This document shows positions 1 through 9,009 of a DNA stretch of 41,652 bases, piece by piece. Each line of letters opens with the position of its first letter. The first letter of the stretch is position 1. The DNA lies in the IMG/VR virus record IMGVR_UViG_3300044983_000068, positions 1-41,652 of that record; one strand, 5' to 3'. The translations under genes were made by a program, and so were the position numbers. This DNA comes from a virus. Its lineage: Duplodnaviria; Caudoviricetes. The notes beneath the pieces are model-generated. The model ran no database searches, was not told the origin of the DNA, and saw only the letters and a program-made list of their open reading frames with translations.

Positions 1-291
1 TCGACCAAGGGCTATCGCAAGACCCTGCAGGGCGACTTCCTGCGCAGCCTGGCGAAGGATTTCAACAAACACGGCGCCGAGGCGATCCAGCAAGCCCGTG
101 AGGATGACCCGCTCGGCTATGTCCGAACGATCGCAGCCTTGATGCCCAAGGAGGTCGAGCTCGTACGTCCGCTCGAAGCTCTGAACGATGACGAACTTAG
201 CGCCATTGCTGAACAACTCCGATCCGCGCTTGGTGCTGGCAGCGTTCGAGCAGGAGATAGCACTCCGCGCAGCCCGACGGAAGTTAACTAG
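1..291 (+). CDS. Terminase small subunit, 3' part (partial)
   Basis: Frame 1 is open from position 1 (STKGYRKTLQGDFLRSLAKDFNKHGAEAIQQAREDDPLGYVRTIAALMPKEVEL...) to TAG at 289-291. It overlaps the TerL start and continues the ORF that begins at 41310. Confidence 0.75.
   Translation, partial: STKGYRKTLQGDFLRSLAKDFNKHGAEAIQQAREDDPLGYVRTIAALMPKEVELVRPLEALNDDELSAIAEQLRSALGAGSVRAGDSTPRSPTEVN
127..253. repeat. 127-bp exact direct repeat of the window end (41526-41652), a circularisation overlap
   Basis: acgatcgcagccttgatgccc...gcgttcgagcag is identical at both places. The length is typical of an assembler k-mer. Confidence 0.95.
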
Positions 292-1627
292 CTATGCCCC
301 GTACCCCAAGCAGCGTGACTTCCACGCAGCAGGCCGTACACATCGCGAACGTCTGCTCATGGCTGCGAACCAGGTGGGCAAGACACTCAGCGCTGGAGCT
401 GAAGTCGCCATGCACCTTACCGGCCGATATCCCGACTGGTGGCATGGCTACGTGTTCAGCAAGCCCCCCGCGTGGTGGTGTGGCGGTGTTACCTCCGAAT
501 CGACTCGTGATAATCCGCAACGAATCCTGCTGGGTCGTGTCGGCGCTTGGGGGACTGGAATGATTCCCCACGACGCACTCAAGGGTGAGCCGGCCATGCG
601 CCGCGGTGTCGTCGGCGCGGTGGACAGCGTGATCTGCCGCTTTGGCGGTGGTGGTGACATTCAGTCAGGCGACAGCTCGCTCGCGTTCAAGTCTTACGAC
701 CAGGGCCGCGAGAAGTGGCAGGGGGAGACCCTCGGCGGCGTCTGGTACGACGAGGAGCCCCCCGAGGACATCTACAGCGAGGGACTCACACGCACGAACG
801 TGGGTCTCATGCCGAACCTCATCACGTTCACGCCGCTCAAGGGCATCACAGGCGTGGTGAAGCGCTTCATCATCGACAAGGTTCCTGGCACGCACGTCAC
901 TCAGATGACGCTCGAGGATGCCGCGCATTACTCGCCAGAACAGCGCGCCGCGATCATCGCGACGTATCCCGCATTCGAACGTGAGGCCCGTACCAAGGGC
1001 ATCCCCCAGCTCGGGAGTGGCCGTGTGTTCCCGATCGACGCAGACGAAATCACCGTCAAGGCCTTTCCCATCCCACAGCACTGGGTGCAGCTCGGAGCGA
1101 TCGACTTCGGATGGGATCACCCTTCTGCTGGCGTCCGATTGGCTTGGGATCGCGACGCGGATTGCATCTACGTCGTTGCGGCTCATCGGGCTCGCGAGCA
1201 GACACCTGCGATGTTCGCTGCTGCGGTGAGACCGTGGGGCGATTGGCTGCCGTGGGCATGGCCCCACGATGGTCTGCAGCATGACAAGGGATCTGGCGAG
1301 CAGCTGGCCGCTCAGTACCGCGCACAGGGCCTGCGCATGCATCCCCAGCGTGCGACGTTCGAAGACGGCTCATTCGGTGTCGAGGCCGGCATTGCCGAGA
1401 TGTTCGACCGCATGCAGACCGGGCGGCTCAAGGTGTTCTCGCACCTCAACGACTGGTTCGAAGAGTTCAATCTGTACCACCGTAAGGATGGGCTGATCGT
1501 GAAGGAAGGCGATGACCTTCTCAGCGCCACACGCTACGGCGTGATGATGCGGCGGATCGCGACCGTCCAGGCAAAGACAGCCACCAACGCAATCAGGAAC
1601 GGGGGCCGCGCCTCGTGGATGTCGTGA
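188..1627 (+). CDS. terL: Terminase large subunit (P22-like)
   Basis: Walker A AANQVGKT, Walker B VWYDEE, motif III TFTP, nuclease motifs IDFGWDHP and DDLLSA. The true start may lie slightly downstream. Confidence 0.95.
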   Translation: MTNLAPLLNNSDPRLVLAAFEQEIALRAARRKLTSYAPYPKQRDFHAAGRTHRERLLMAANQVGKTLSAGAEVAMHLTGRYPDWWHGYVFSKPPAWWCGGVTSESTRDNPQRILLGRVGAWGTGMIPHDALKGEPAMRRGVVGAVDSVICRFGGGGDIQSGDSSLAFKSYDQGREKWQGETLGGVWYDEEPPEDIYSEGLTRTNVGLMPNLITFTPLKGITGVVKRFIIDKVPGTHVTQMTLEDAAHYSPEQRAAIIATYPAFEREARTKGIPQLGSGRVFPIDADEITVKAFPIPQHWVQLGAIDFGWDHPSAGVRLAWDRDADCIYVVAAHRAREQTPAMFAAAVRPWGDWLPWAWPHDGLQHDKGSGEQLAAQYRAQGLRMHPQRATFEDGSFGVEAGIAEMFDRMQTGRLKVFSHLNDWFEEFNLYHRKDGLIVKEGDDLLSATRYGVMMRRIATVQAKTATNAIRNGGRASWMS

Positions 1628-1788
1628 AACGAGAAATTCTTGCCCAATCTGAATGGATCAGGCGTGGACTGCCGGAGCATTTCTTTCGGGTCTACAACAA
1701 TGGCCTCGGTGGTCGAGATGATTTCGTGGGATGGCGGTTCCTCACATTGGCGTACTGCGGCTTGATGAATTGGAGCGATATCCCATGA
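1624..1788 (+). CDS. Small hypothetical protein (54 aa)
   Basis: GTG overlaps the TerL stop (GTGA) and the stop overlaps the next ATG (ATGA). Reads MKREILAQSEWIRRGLPEHFFRVYNNG... Confidence 0.5.
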   Translation: MKREILAQSEWIRRGLPEHFFRVYNNGLGGRDDFVGWRFLTLAYCGLMNWSDIP

Positions 1789-2087
1789 GCTTCACTCTTC
1801 CCGCCACCCAGTACACCGACCAGCGCCCAGACATCGAGGCGATGCTGCGTGACATCGAGCAGAACTGTCCGAAGACCACACCCCGAGAGGTGCGCGCCGC
1901 ACTACTGTCGGGAGCCGACGAGATCAAGCGCTGGCGCACACTGGCGCAGGACACGTCACGGCAGCTCGAGGAAGCGGCGAATGTACGCATCAGCGAGATG
2001 GCGACAACGTCGCAGGCGAACGAGATCCAGCGCGGGGTGAAGCAGACGATGCTGGACCTGGCTGTGAGGTTCCGAGAACTGGCATGA
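1785..2087 (+). CDS. Hypothetical coiled-coil protein
   Basis: GGAG SD precedes ATG 1785. The stop overlaps the portal start. Confidence 0.6.
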   Translation: MSFTLPATQYTDQRPDIEAMLRDIEQNCPKTTPREVRAALLSGADEIKRWRTLAQDTSRQLEEAANVRISEMATTSQANEIQRGVKQTMLDLAVRFRELA

Positions 2088-4279
2088 GCGCCCAGCCCTC
2101 AGACTTCGACCGCGACGCCACGACCGACGAAGGCATCTGGCGCGAGTGCGCCGAACGCCTGCGGATGGCGACGGCGGCCGAGTCTGAGAACCGCATCAAG
2201 GGCATCAGCGCGCTCCAGTTCCGCTGGGGCGAGCAGTGGGATGCAGATGTGCGCAACACGCGCAAGATCGACGGCCGGCCGGCGCTCACGATCAACCACA
2301 CGAACACCTTCTGCGCACGCCTCGCGAACACGCTCCGCCAGCAGCGTCCGCGCATCAAATGCCATCCGGTCGGTGATGGTGCGGATGTCGACACGGCAGC
2401 CACGGTCAACGGCCTGATCCGCCACATCGAGACCCTCTCCAATGCCTCTGTCGCCTATGACACCGGCGTCGAGAGCGCGATCAACATCGGCTGGGGCTAC
2501 TGGCGCATCGTCAGCCAGTACATCGACGAGAAGAGCTTTGATCAGGAGCTGAAGATCCTGCCGATCCGCAACGCCTTCACGGTGTACATGGATCCGGCCG
2601 CCACCATGCCCGCTGGCGAGGACATGGGCTGGTGCATCATCAGTGAAACGATGAAGCGCTCGGAGTACAAGCGGAAGTACCCGAAGGCCGAAAACTGCGA
2701 ATGGCGCTACACCGATGCGCCTGGTGACATGGTCACGGACTGGGAGAGCAAGGAAGAGCTGCGCCTCGCCGAGTACTACCGCATCCATGAGGTGCGCGAC
2801 ACGCTGTGCAAACTGTCGGACGGTTCAACCAAGCTGATGTCGGAGCTTGTTGACCCCGATGTGATCGCAGCCATGGGCCTGATGATAATGGCCAAGCGTC
2901 CAACCACGCGTCGAGAGGTGCAGTGGTTCCGTCTCAACGGTTGCACGGTCATCGACCAGCGCACTATTCCTGGCCGCTTCATCCCCGTGATCCGCTGCGA
3001 GGGCAACGTCCTCGACGTGAATGGTCGCGTCTGCCGAAAGGGCATGGTCGAGGACCTGAAAGACCCCGCGCAGATGTTCAATTACTGGCGCACGGCGCAG
3101 ACCGAGCGTTACGCGTTGACGCCCAAGGCGCCATGGGTCGTCGCTGAGGGGCAGATCGAGGGTCACCCCGAATGGAATGACGCGAACCAGAAGAGCTATT
3201 CCACGCTCGTCTACAAGCCAATAGCTGGCCCCGATGGCATGACGCCATTGCCGCCGCCGGTTCGCGTGCCGCCCGCCCAGGTGGAGGCGGGCATGAGCGA
3301 GGCCGCGCAAGGCGCCGAGCACGATCTCATGTCGGTTGCCGGCATGCCGCAGGAGAATCCAGAGATCTCCGCGCGAGTGGTATCGGGGAACAAGTATCTG
3401 CAGCGCAGACAGGGCATGCAGGACCTGACGCACTTCCAGTACTACGACAATCAGACGCTCGCGATTGCGTGGACTGGATCGATCCTGCTCGAGCTAATCC
3501 CGTACTACTACGACACCGCCCGCATGCAGCGGATCATCGGCGACGATGGTGTGCCGCAGATGGTGCAGTTGAAGCAGCCCATCGAGGACGAAAACGGCAT
3601 CACACGCGTGAAGAACGACCCGACGGTGGGTCGTTACGACGTCGTGATGGATACCGGCCCTGGCTATTCAACGAAGCGCGAGGAAGCCGCCGAATCGATG
3701 CTGGAGCTGCTCGGAACACCGCTCGGCGAGCAAGTGGCCTCGACGAGCGGCGACATCATCGTGCGCAACATGGATTTCCCGGGCGCCGATGAGGTGGCCG
3801 ATCGCATCGCTGTCACAATCCCGGGCGCGCTCGACAAGATCATGGAGGGCTTGCCGAAGCAGGCGCAGACCATCATTGGCTCGCTGCAGGCGCAGATGAA
3901 GCAGCTGCAGGACCAGAACCAGCAGCAGGCGCTCGAGATCAAGTACGGCCGCGGCATAGCCGAGCTGAAGGAAGAGGGCGCAACCAGGCGCACGCTCATC
4001 ACAGCGACCGGAAAAGCGCACGACACCGAGCGCAAAGCCAAGAGCGACGATCTCAACAGCGAGCGCGACTACGAAGGCTGGCAGAGCGAAGTGGACAAGA
4101 ATGTCCGCGCAAAGATTGCCGTGGCGCATATCCAACGCGATACCGCGCTCGACGTCGCCGAGATTCGCGTGGGCGGTCAGTTGCTGAACACCCATGCGGA
4201 GGCGGCCCACGAAGCGAAAGCCGCAGATAAGGCCATCGAGGCCGCCCAGACAGACAGGCGCGAGAGCGCAGGAAAGTAA
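2084..4279 (+). CDS. Portal protein (P22 gp1-like)
   Basis: 731 aa after TerL, with GEQW...RPALTINH, GWGYWR, LKDPAQMFNYW, GRYDVVMDTGP motifs and a Q-rich C-terminal helical barrel. Confidence 0.93.
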   Translation: MSAQPSDFDRDATTDEGIWRECAERLRMATAAESENRIKGISALQFRWGEQWDADVRNTRKIDGRPALTINHTNTFCARLANTLRQQRPRIKCHPVGDGADVDTAATVNGLIRHIETLSNASVAYDTGVESAINIGWGYWRIVSQYIDEKSFDQELKILPIRNAFTVYMDPAATMPAGEDMGWCIISETMKRSEYKRKYPKAENCEWRYTDAPGDMVTDWESKEELRLAEYYRIHEVRDTLCKLSDGSTKLMSELVDPDVIAAMGLMIMAKRPTTRREVQWFRLNGCTVIDQRTIPGRFIPVIRCEGNVLDVNGRVCRKGMVEDLKDPAQMFNYWRTAQTERYALTPKAPWVVAEGQIEGHPEWNDANQKSYSTLVYKPIAGPDGMTPLPPPVRVPPAQVEAGMSEAAQGAEHDLMSVAGMPQENPEISARVVSGNKYLQRRQGMQDLTHFQYYDNQTLAIAWTGSILLELIPYYYDTARMQRIIGDDGVPQMVQLKQPIEDENGITRVKNDPTVGRYDVVMDTGPGYSTKREEAAESMLELLGTPLGEQVASTSGDIIVRNMDFPGADEVADRIAVTIPGALDKIMEGLPKQAQTIIGSLQAQMKQLQDQNQQQALEIKYGRGIAELKEEGATRRTLITATGKAHDTERKAKSDDLNSERDYEGWQSEVDKNVRAKIAVAHIQRDTALDVAEIRVGGQLLNTHAEAAHEAKAADKAIEAAQTDRRESAGK

Positions 4280-5308
4280 ATGGCTCAGGTCCTCACGAAC
4301 GAGAACATGGTGGAGTTCATTCAGACGCGTCAGGCGCCAGAGTTCAAGGCGCCAGAAGCGAAGTCTGAACCTGCCAACCCATCCGAAGCCGCGGCTGCAA
4401 AGCCAGCGGACTCAGCAACAGCATCGGCAGCAGAACCGGCAAAGGCCGAGCGGCCGCGCGCGGAGGATGGAAAGTTCGTGAAGGCCGAAGAGGCCAAGAA
4501 GGAAGAGCCGGCGGCGAAGGCCGCAGACGATGACGAGCACGATGATGACGGTGCGAAACTGAGCGACGCGGTAAAACGCAAGATCGACAAGATCGTCGCA
4601 AAGAAGCACAGGGCGATGAAAGAGGCCGAAGAGTTCGCGCGCGATGAGTATCGTGAGCGGAAAGCGGCAGTTGAGCGTGCAGAGGCCTTGCAGCGTGAAA
4701 TCGACGCGCTGAAGGCCGGGAAGTCACAGCCCGGCACGGCATCCACCGAGGGCGATGAGCCCAAGATGGAAGACTTCAAAACGGTTGGCGAATACGCGAA
4801 AGCACTCGCGAAGTACGAAACGGCGCAGGCCCTCAAGGCCGAACGCGCAGAGCGTGCGAAAGATACCCAGAAGCAGGCAATCGAGAACGTGCAGCAGCAG
4901 TTTGCTGAGCGCGTGGCTTCGACCGCCAAAGAGATTTCCGACTATCACGAGGTAGTCGAGGCTGCTGATTGGGAAGTCCCGCACCACATTCAGGCGTACA
5001 TCGTGGATAGCGAGCATGGAGCCCGTCTGGGCTACGAGCTCGCGAAGAATCGCATTGAGTTCGACCGTATCGCAAAACTGTCGCCGATCCGCGCGTTCGC
5101 GGAGCTCGGCAAACTGGAAGACAAGCTCACCGCGAAAGCGGCGCCGGCCAAAGAGCCCGCAGCCGCGTCGGCGCAAGTCTCCAGAGCCCCCGCACCGATC
5201 ACCCCACTCGAAGGCAAGTCCACGACGGTCGCAAAACGGCCCGAGGACATGAACTTTCAAGAGCTGCGCGCCCACCGAATGGCGGAGCGCGCGGCGGGGA
5301 AGAGGTGA
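4280..5308 (+). CDS. Capsid scaffolding protein
   Basis: Charged helical protein between portal and coat, ending in a typical ...ELGKLE...SRAPAPITPL... tail. Confidence 0.8.
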   Translation: MAQVLTNENMVEFIQTRQAPEFKAPEAKSEPANPSEAAAAKPADSATASAAEPAKAERPRAEDGKFVKAEEAKKEEPAAKAADDDEHDDDGAKLSDAVKRKIDKIVAKKHRAMKEAEEFARDEYRERKAAVERAEALQREIDALKAGKSQPGTASTEGDEPKMEDFKTVGEYAKALAKYETAQALKAERAERAKDTQKQAIENVQQQFAERVASTAKEISDYHEVVEAADWEVPHHIQAYIVDSEHGARLGYELAKNRIEFDRIAKLSPIRAFAELGKLEDKLTAKAAPAKEPAAASAQVSRAPAPITPLEGKSTTVAKRPEDMNFQELRAHRMAERAAGKR

Positions 5309-5318
5309 GGGAACGGCT

Positions 5319-5957
5319 ATGACCATCAATAGCCCCGGTCTCACCATGGCAGATGCTTCTGAAAGCCTTCTGCAGCGTTTTTCTGTGAAGTGTGCCAAGC
5401 CAGATGCGAACGGTTGCATTCACTGGCTGGGGTCAAAAACGAAACGTGGTTATGGGGTCATCCTGATCGGAAAGGTCCGAGGGAAGAATCTCAGAACGAC
5501 GGCTCATCGTGCCGCGTGGCTGCTAGAACGAGGCGACTTGTCGCCTGAAATCCTAGTGCTGCATAAGTGCGATAACCCTTCATGCGTCAATGTCGATCAT
5601 CTATTTCTCGGATCACCTGCAAACAACACGCGCGACATGGTGGCTAAGAATCGCCACGGTTGGCGCCATGGGACTCCATGGCAGAAGTTGAATGCAGTGG
5701 ATGGCGAGCGGATTCGTGATCTGCGTGCCGCAGGGTATTCACAGCAGAAGATCGCTGATTGGATTGGCGTCAGCAGGCCGCTGATATCAATGGTGTTGGC
5801 CGGGAAAATCTTTCATTCCCGACACCCTATTGGGCTGCTAAGGAGCAGCGAACATCAGCAACAATTTGCTTACGATCAGCTACATCACCAACGAAGGTCT
5901 GTTGGTGCTGGAAAACACGCTGGTCTTCGCCGACAAGGTGGACCGTCAGTATTCTGA
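5319..5957 (+). CDS. HNH homing endonuclease with C-terminal HTH
   Basis: GCIHW...GYG...AHRAAW...VLHKCDNPSCVNVDHLFLG...NTRD, then HTH SQQKIADWIGVSRPLIS. The 3' tail overlaps the coat gene start. Confidence 0.9.
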   Translation: MTINSPGLTMADASESLLQRFSVKCAKPDANGCIHWLGSKTKRGYGVILIGKVRGKNLRTTAHRAAWLLERGDLSPEILVLHKCDNPSCVNVDHLFLGSPANNTRDMVAKNRHGWRHGTPWQKLNAVDGERIRDLRAAGYSQQKIADWIGVSRPLISMVLAGKIFHSRHPIGLLRSSEHQQQFAYDQLHHQRRSVGAGKHAGLRRQGGPSVF

Positions 5958-7215
5958 CGAGTTTGCCATCAAGGGCGCGAAGATCGGTGCCACCTGCAAC
6001 GTGCGGCGCCCGCCGCGTTACCTCGGCACTTTCGGCCCCGCGCTGAATGTCGAAGACACGAACGAAACTTACGTACCGGTTTCGTTGAACAACCAGTTCC
6101 ACGTGGACGTGCAGTTCACGACGGCAGATCTCCTGCTGTCGATGGACCTGTTCCGCACGCGGGTGCTGAAGCCGATGATGGCGACCGTCGCCAACCGCAT
6201 CGACTCGGACGGCCTCTACTTCGCCTACCAGAACACGGCGCAGTATGTGGGCACGCCCGGTGTAGTGCCGTCGAACTATCTGACGTTCGCCTCGGCGGAT
6301 GCGCAGCTCTCGAACGAGGCGATCCCGGAAGAGGGTCGCTGCATGATTCTCTCGCCCTACACCATGGCATCCGCCGTGGACGGGGTGAAAGGCCTCTTCA
6401 ATCCTCAGGCGCAGATCGGCGAGTTCCTGAAGCGCAACATGATCGCGAAGAACTTCGCGAACTTCGACTGGTACAAAGACCAGAACGTTGTCACGTTCAC
6501 CCAGGGCAACTTCCCGAGTGCCCCGACGCTGAAGGCTGTCACTCAGCCGGCGATCATCTCCACGGGCTGGGCACAGTCGGGCTTCCTGCAGACGACCGGA
6601 TGGGGCGCAACCGCCGCGGGCCCGAAGGTCGGCGACATCATCTCCATTGCGGGTGTCTATCCGGCGAACCCGCAGAGCCGCACGCAATACGGTTCGGCGC
6701 TCAAGACGTTCGTGGTGCTGCCACCGGGTGGGTATACGCAGAACCCGATTGGTGCGGCAACGCCTGGGCCGGCATACGCGGCGGCATCGCTCACATACGG
6801 CACGTTCAGCGCCACGACAGGCGTCTACACCTCAGACGGCGGCGAGGATCTCTCGCTGCTCATCGGCGAGGTTGTGATCACTGGCGGTCAGTTCCAGAAC
6901 GTGGCCGTGCCGGGCGGTTCCATCTCGACGACGGCGGCGCTGTCCTTCTGGGGAACGACGACCACCTCAATGGACGGCATCGTCACCCCGCAGGGCATCG
7001 CGCTTCACAAGACGGCCTTCGCGCTCGCATTCGCGGATCTTCCGCTGCCACGTGGCGTGGAAGAGGCGGCACGCGCCAACGATGCGGATATCGGTATGTC
7101 GATGCGCATGGTGACGCAGTACACCGTGAACAACGATGCGATGCCGACGCGTTGCGACGTCCTGTACGGCTATGCGGGTTTGTACCGCAATGCCGCTGTG
7201 CGCGTGGTCGGCTAA
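5854..7215 (+). CDS. Major capsid protein (P22 coat/gp5 family), probable ATC start
   Basis: (M)SNNLLTISYITNEGLLVLEN...KIGATCNVRRP...RCDVLYG. An in-frame TAA at 5839 and SD TAAGGAG at 5839-5845 place initiation at ATC 5854; the alternative is TTG 5866. Confidence 0.9.
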   Translation: MSNNLLTISYITNEGLLVLENTLVFADKVDRQYSDEFAIKGAKIGATCNVRRPPRYLGTFGPALNVEDTNETYVPVSLNNQFHVDVQFTTADLLLSMDLFRTRVLKPMMATVANRIDSDGLYFAYQNTAQYVGTPGVVPSNYLTFASADAQLSNEAIPEEGRCMILSPYTMASAVDGVKGLFNPQAQIGEFLKRNMIAKNFANFDWYKDQNVVTFTQGNFPSAPTLKAVTQPAIISTGWAQSGFLQTTGWGATAAGPKVGDIISIAGVYPANPQSRTQYGSALKTFVVLPPGGYTQNPIGAATPGPAYAAASLTYGTFSATTGVYTSDGGEDLSLLIGEVVITGGQFQNVAVPGGSISTTAALSFWGTTTTSMDGIVTPQGIALHKTAFALAFADLPLPRGVEEAARANDADIGMSMRMVTQYTVNNDAMPTRCDVLYGYAGLYRNAAVRVVG

Positions 7216-7227
7216 GGAGAATCACAC

Positions 7228-7509
7228 ATGAGCTACACCAATCCTGGCCCGGCTATTACGACGGGCAGCACCATCACCGGCACCGGCAGCCCCTGGGGAG
7301 GCGGCGCCTCAGCAACCAGCACCGTGGGCTTCTATGGCGTGACTCCCATCACGCAGCCAACGAACGCGGCGCAGGCGGCCCTGACGCTGACCACCGCAAT
7401 CGGTGGCGGCTATGGGTTCAACACGGCTACAGCCTTCAACGCGTTCACCGCGCAGTTGGAGAACATCCGAGCAAGCCTCGTGCTGCTTGGCCTGCTCAAG
7501 GGTTCGTAA
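7228..7509 (+). CDS. Small capsid-associated (decoration/head-fibre-anchor-like) protein, paralog A
   Basis: Strong SD (TAAGGAG) directly after the coat gene. The C-terminal GFYGVTPITQP...LVLLGLLKG module is shared with the next gene. Confidence 0.6.
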   Translation: MSYTNPGPAITTGSTITGTGSPWGGGASATSTVGFYGVTPITQPTNAAQAALTLTTAIGGGYGFNTATAFNAFTAQLENIRASLVLLGLLKGS

Positions 7510-7519
7510 CCAAAACAGC

Positions 7520-7541
7520 AGAGGGGGCATAAGCCCCCTCT
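7520..7541. terminator. GC-rich hairpin between the two paralogs (terminator or mRNA stabiliser)
   Basis: agagggggc-ataa-gccccctct, a 9-bp perfect stem with no clear U-tract on the + strand. Confidence 0.5.
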
Positions 7542-7554
7542 CGTGGAGATTCGC

Positions 7555-7833
7555 ATGAGTGCACCAGTAGGGACAGGCCGCGCGTTGGGCGTTGCAATGT
7601 CCGTGATGGAGTTCGATCAGATCTCGATGACCACCCAGTCAAAGGCTGGCTTCTTTGGCGTTACCCCGGTAACTCAACCGGCCAATGCAGCGCAGGCCGC
7701 ATTGACCCTCGTCACCGCCATTGGAGGCGGTTACGGATTCAATACGGCGACCGCCTTCAACGCGTTCACGGCTCAGCTTGAGAACATCCGGGCTTCGCTC
7801 GTGACTCTTGGCTTGCTCAAGGGCGCCGCGTAA
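7555..7833 (+). CDS. Small capsid-associated protein, paralog B
   Basis: GGAG SD then ATG 7555. The C-terminal ~58 aa are nearly identical to paralog A. Confidence 0.6.
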   Translation: MSAPVGTGRALGVAMSVMEFDQISMTTQSKAGFFGVTPVTQPANAAQAALTLVTAIGGGYGFNTATAFNAFTAQLENIRASLVTLGLLKGAA

Positions 7834-8616
7834 ATGCCGTTCCGCATCGCCTTCACGACGGAGTGCGTCGTGCCACTTTCCAAATGGAATGAGCAGGCAA
7901 CCTTCAACGCAGGATGCCCGCGCGTGCAGCTGGGTGTCCTGCGCAACCGGAAACTTGCCGTGGTCGGCGGCAGCCCTCAGGTCATTCATGACATTGAGGA
8001 ACTGCGCGCTTGGAATGGAGATATCTGGGCTATCAACCACACGGCCGACTGGCTGGCCAGCCATGGCATTGCATCCACGTTGTTTACGGTCGATCCGGTT
8101 GCGATCGATTCGCCGGTGCGTAAGCGATTACTTGCTACCTCATGCGCGCCAGAGATGTTCACTGAAGATACCGTCGCCTTCGACATGATTGAGACACACC
8201 CGCAGGGATGCGCAGGCGGGACAAGCTCGGCAACCCGTGCACCATGGCTTGCTTTGTCTATGGGCTACACGGATGTGAGCTTTTTCGGATGCGAAGGCTC
8301 CTACGTGAATAACGACCATGTCGATCGCAACGAGCAGGTGGATCGGCAGTTGATCGTGCGTGCCGGAGGATGCGACTACATCACACGTCCGGACTACTAC
8401 GTGCAGTGCCAGGAGTTCGCAAAACTCTTCGCAGAGTTTGGCTGCGTATTCAAGAACCGCAGCGGCGGCCTTCTGAAGGCGATGCTCGAGAATCCAGACA
8501 CGTGGGAAGTAGTCGCTGTTTCTCCGGCGCTGAAAGCGCATCTCGAAGAAGTAAATGGCAAGCAGGGCCTGTACGAAGGCAACTCATCCTATCCAGTGCC
8601 GGCGCAGGCGGCATAA
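7834..8616 (+). CDS. Maf/DUF115 (MptE-like fold) putative glycosyltransferase
   Basis: KLAVVGGSP...IWAIN...WLASHGI...FTVDP and GGTSSATRA..LALSMGYTDVSFFGCEGS match the layout of the family. Confidence 0.65.
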   Translation: MPFRIAFTTECVVPLSKWNEQATFNAGCPRVQLGVLRNRKLAVVGGSPQVIHDIEELRAWNGDIWAINHTADWLASHGIASTLFTVDPVAIDSPVRKRLLATSCAPEMFTEDTVAFDMIETHPQGCAGGTSSATRAPWLALSMGYTDVSFFGCEGSYVNNDHVDRNEQVDRQLIVRAGGCDYITRPDYYVQCQEFAKLFAEFGCVFKNRSGGLLKAMLENPDTWEVVAVSPALKAHLEEVNGKQGLYEGNSSYPVPAQAA

Positions 8617-8625
8617 GGGCACCCA

Positions 8626-9009
8626 ATGCAAGACACACAGGCCTTCGCTCCGCTCTACAAGCGCACGAGCACTTCGGGCAGCACTGTAACGCCAGGAACA
8701 CTGGCGACGAGCGTCACTGTGGCCGCAACCAATGCCGCAGCAACCGCATCGGGCCAGATCCCAGGGTGCTGTCCAAGCGATAGCACCCAAATACAGATTG
8801 CAAATACGACAACGTCTTGGGCGTTCGTGAACTTCGGCGTGTTACGGCTCACCGTGACTGCCGCGACAGTTGCGGCAAGCTATCCAGTCGCGCCAGGCGC
8901 CGTGGTTGTGGTCACGGTCGATCCTGAAGTCGATGCCGCCTCCGTCATTCTGGGTACTGCGCCTGGCGCACTGACCTCGGTCATCTTTACTCGCGGAGCC
9001 GGCATATGA
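8626..9009 (+). CDS. Ser/Thr/Ala-rich putative virion protein
   Basis: Located in the head module. Beta-rich, ending VIFTRGAGI. Confidence 0.6.
   Translation: MQDTQAFAPLYKRTSTSGSTVTPGTLATSVTVAATNAAATASGQIPGCCPSDSTQIQIANTTTSWAFVNFGVLRLTVTAATVAASYPVAPGAVVVVTVDPEVDAASVILGTAPGALTSVIFTRGAGI

Noticed and set aside
5309-5853. Group I intron carrying the HNH and splicing a start codon onto the coat gene
   Set aside because: The scaffold has its own stop, almost no non-coding sequence flanks the HNH ORF, and I see no P7/catalytic core motifs. A good SD lies directly before the ATC.
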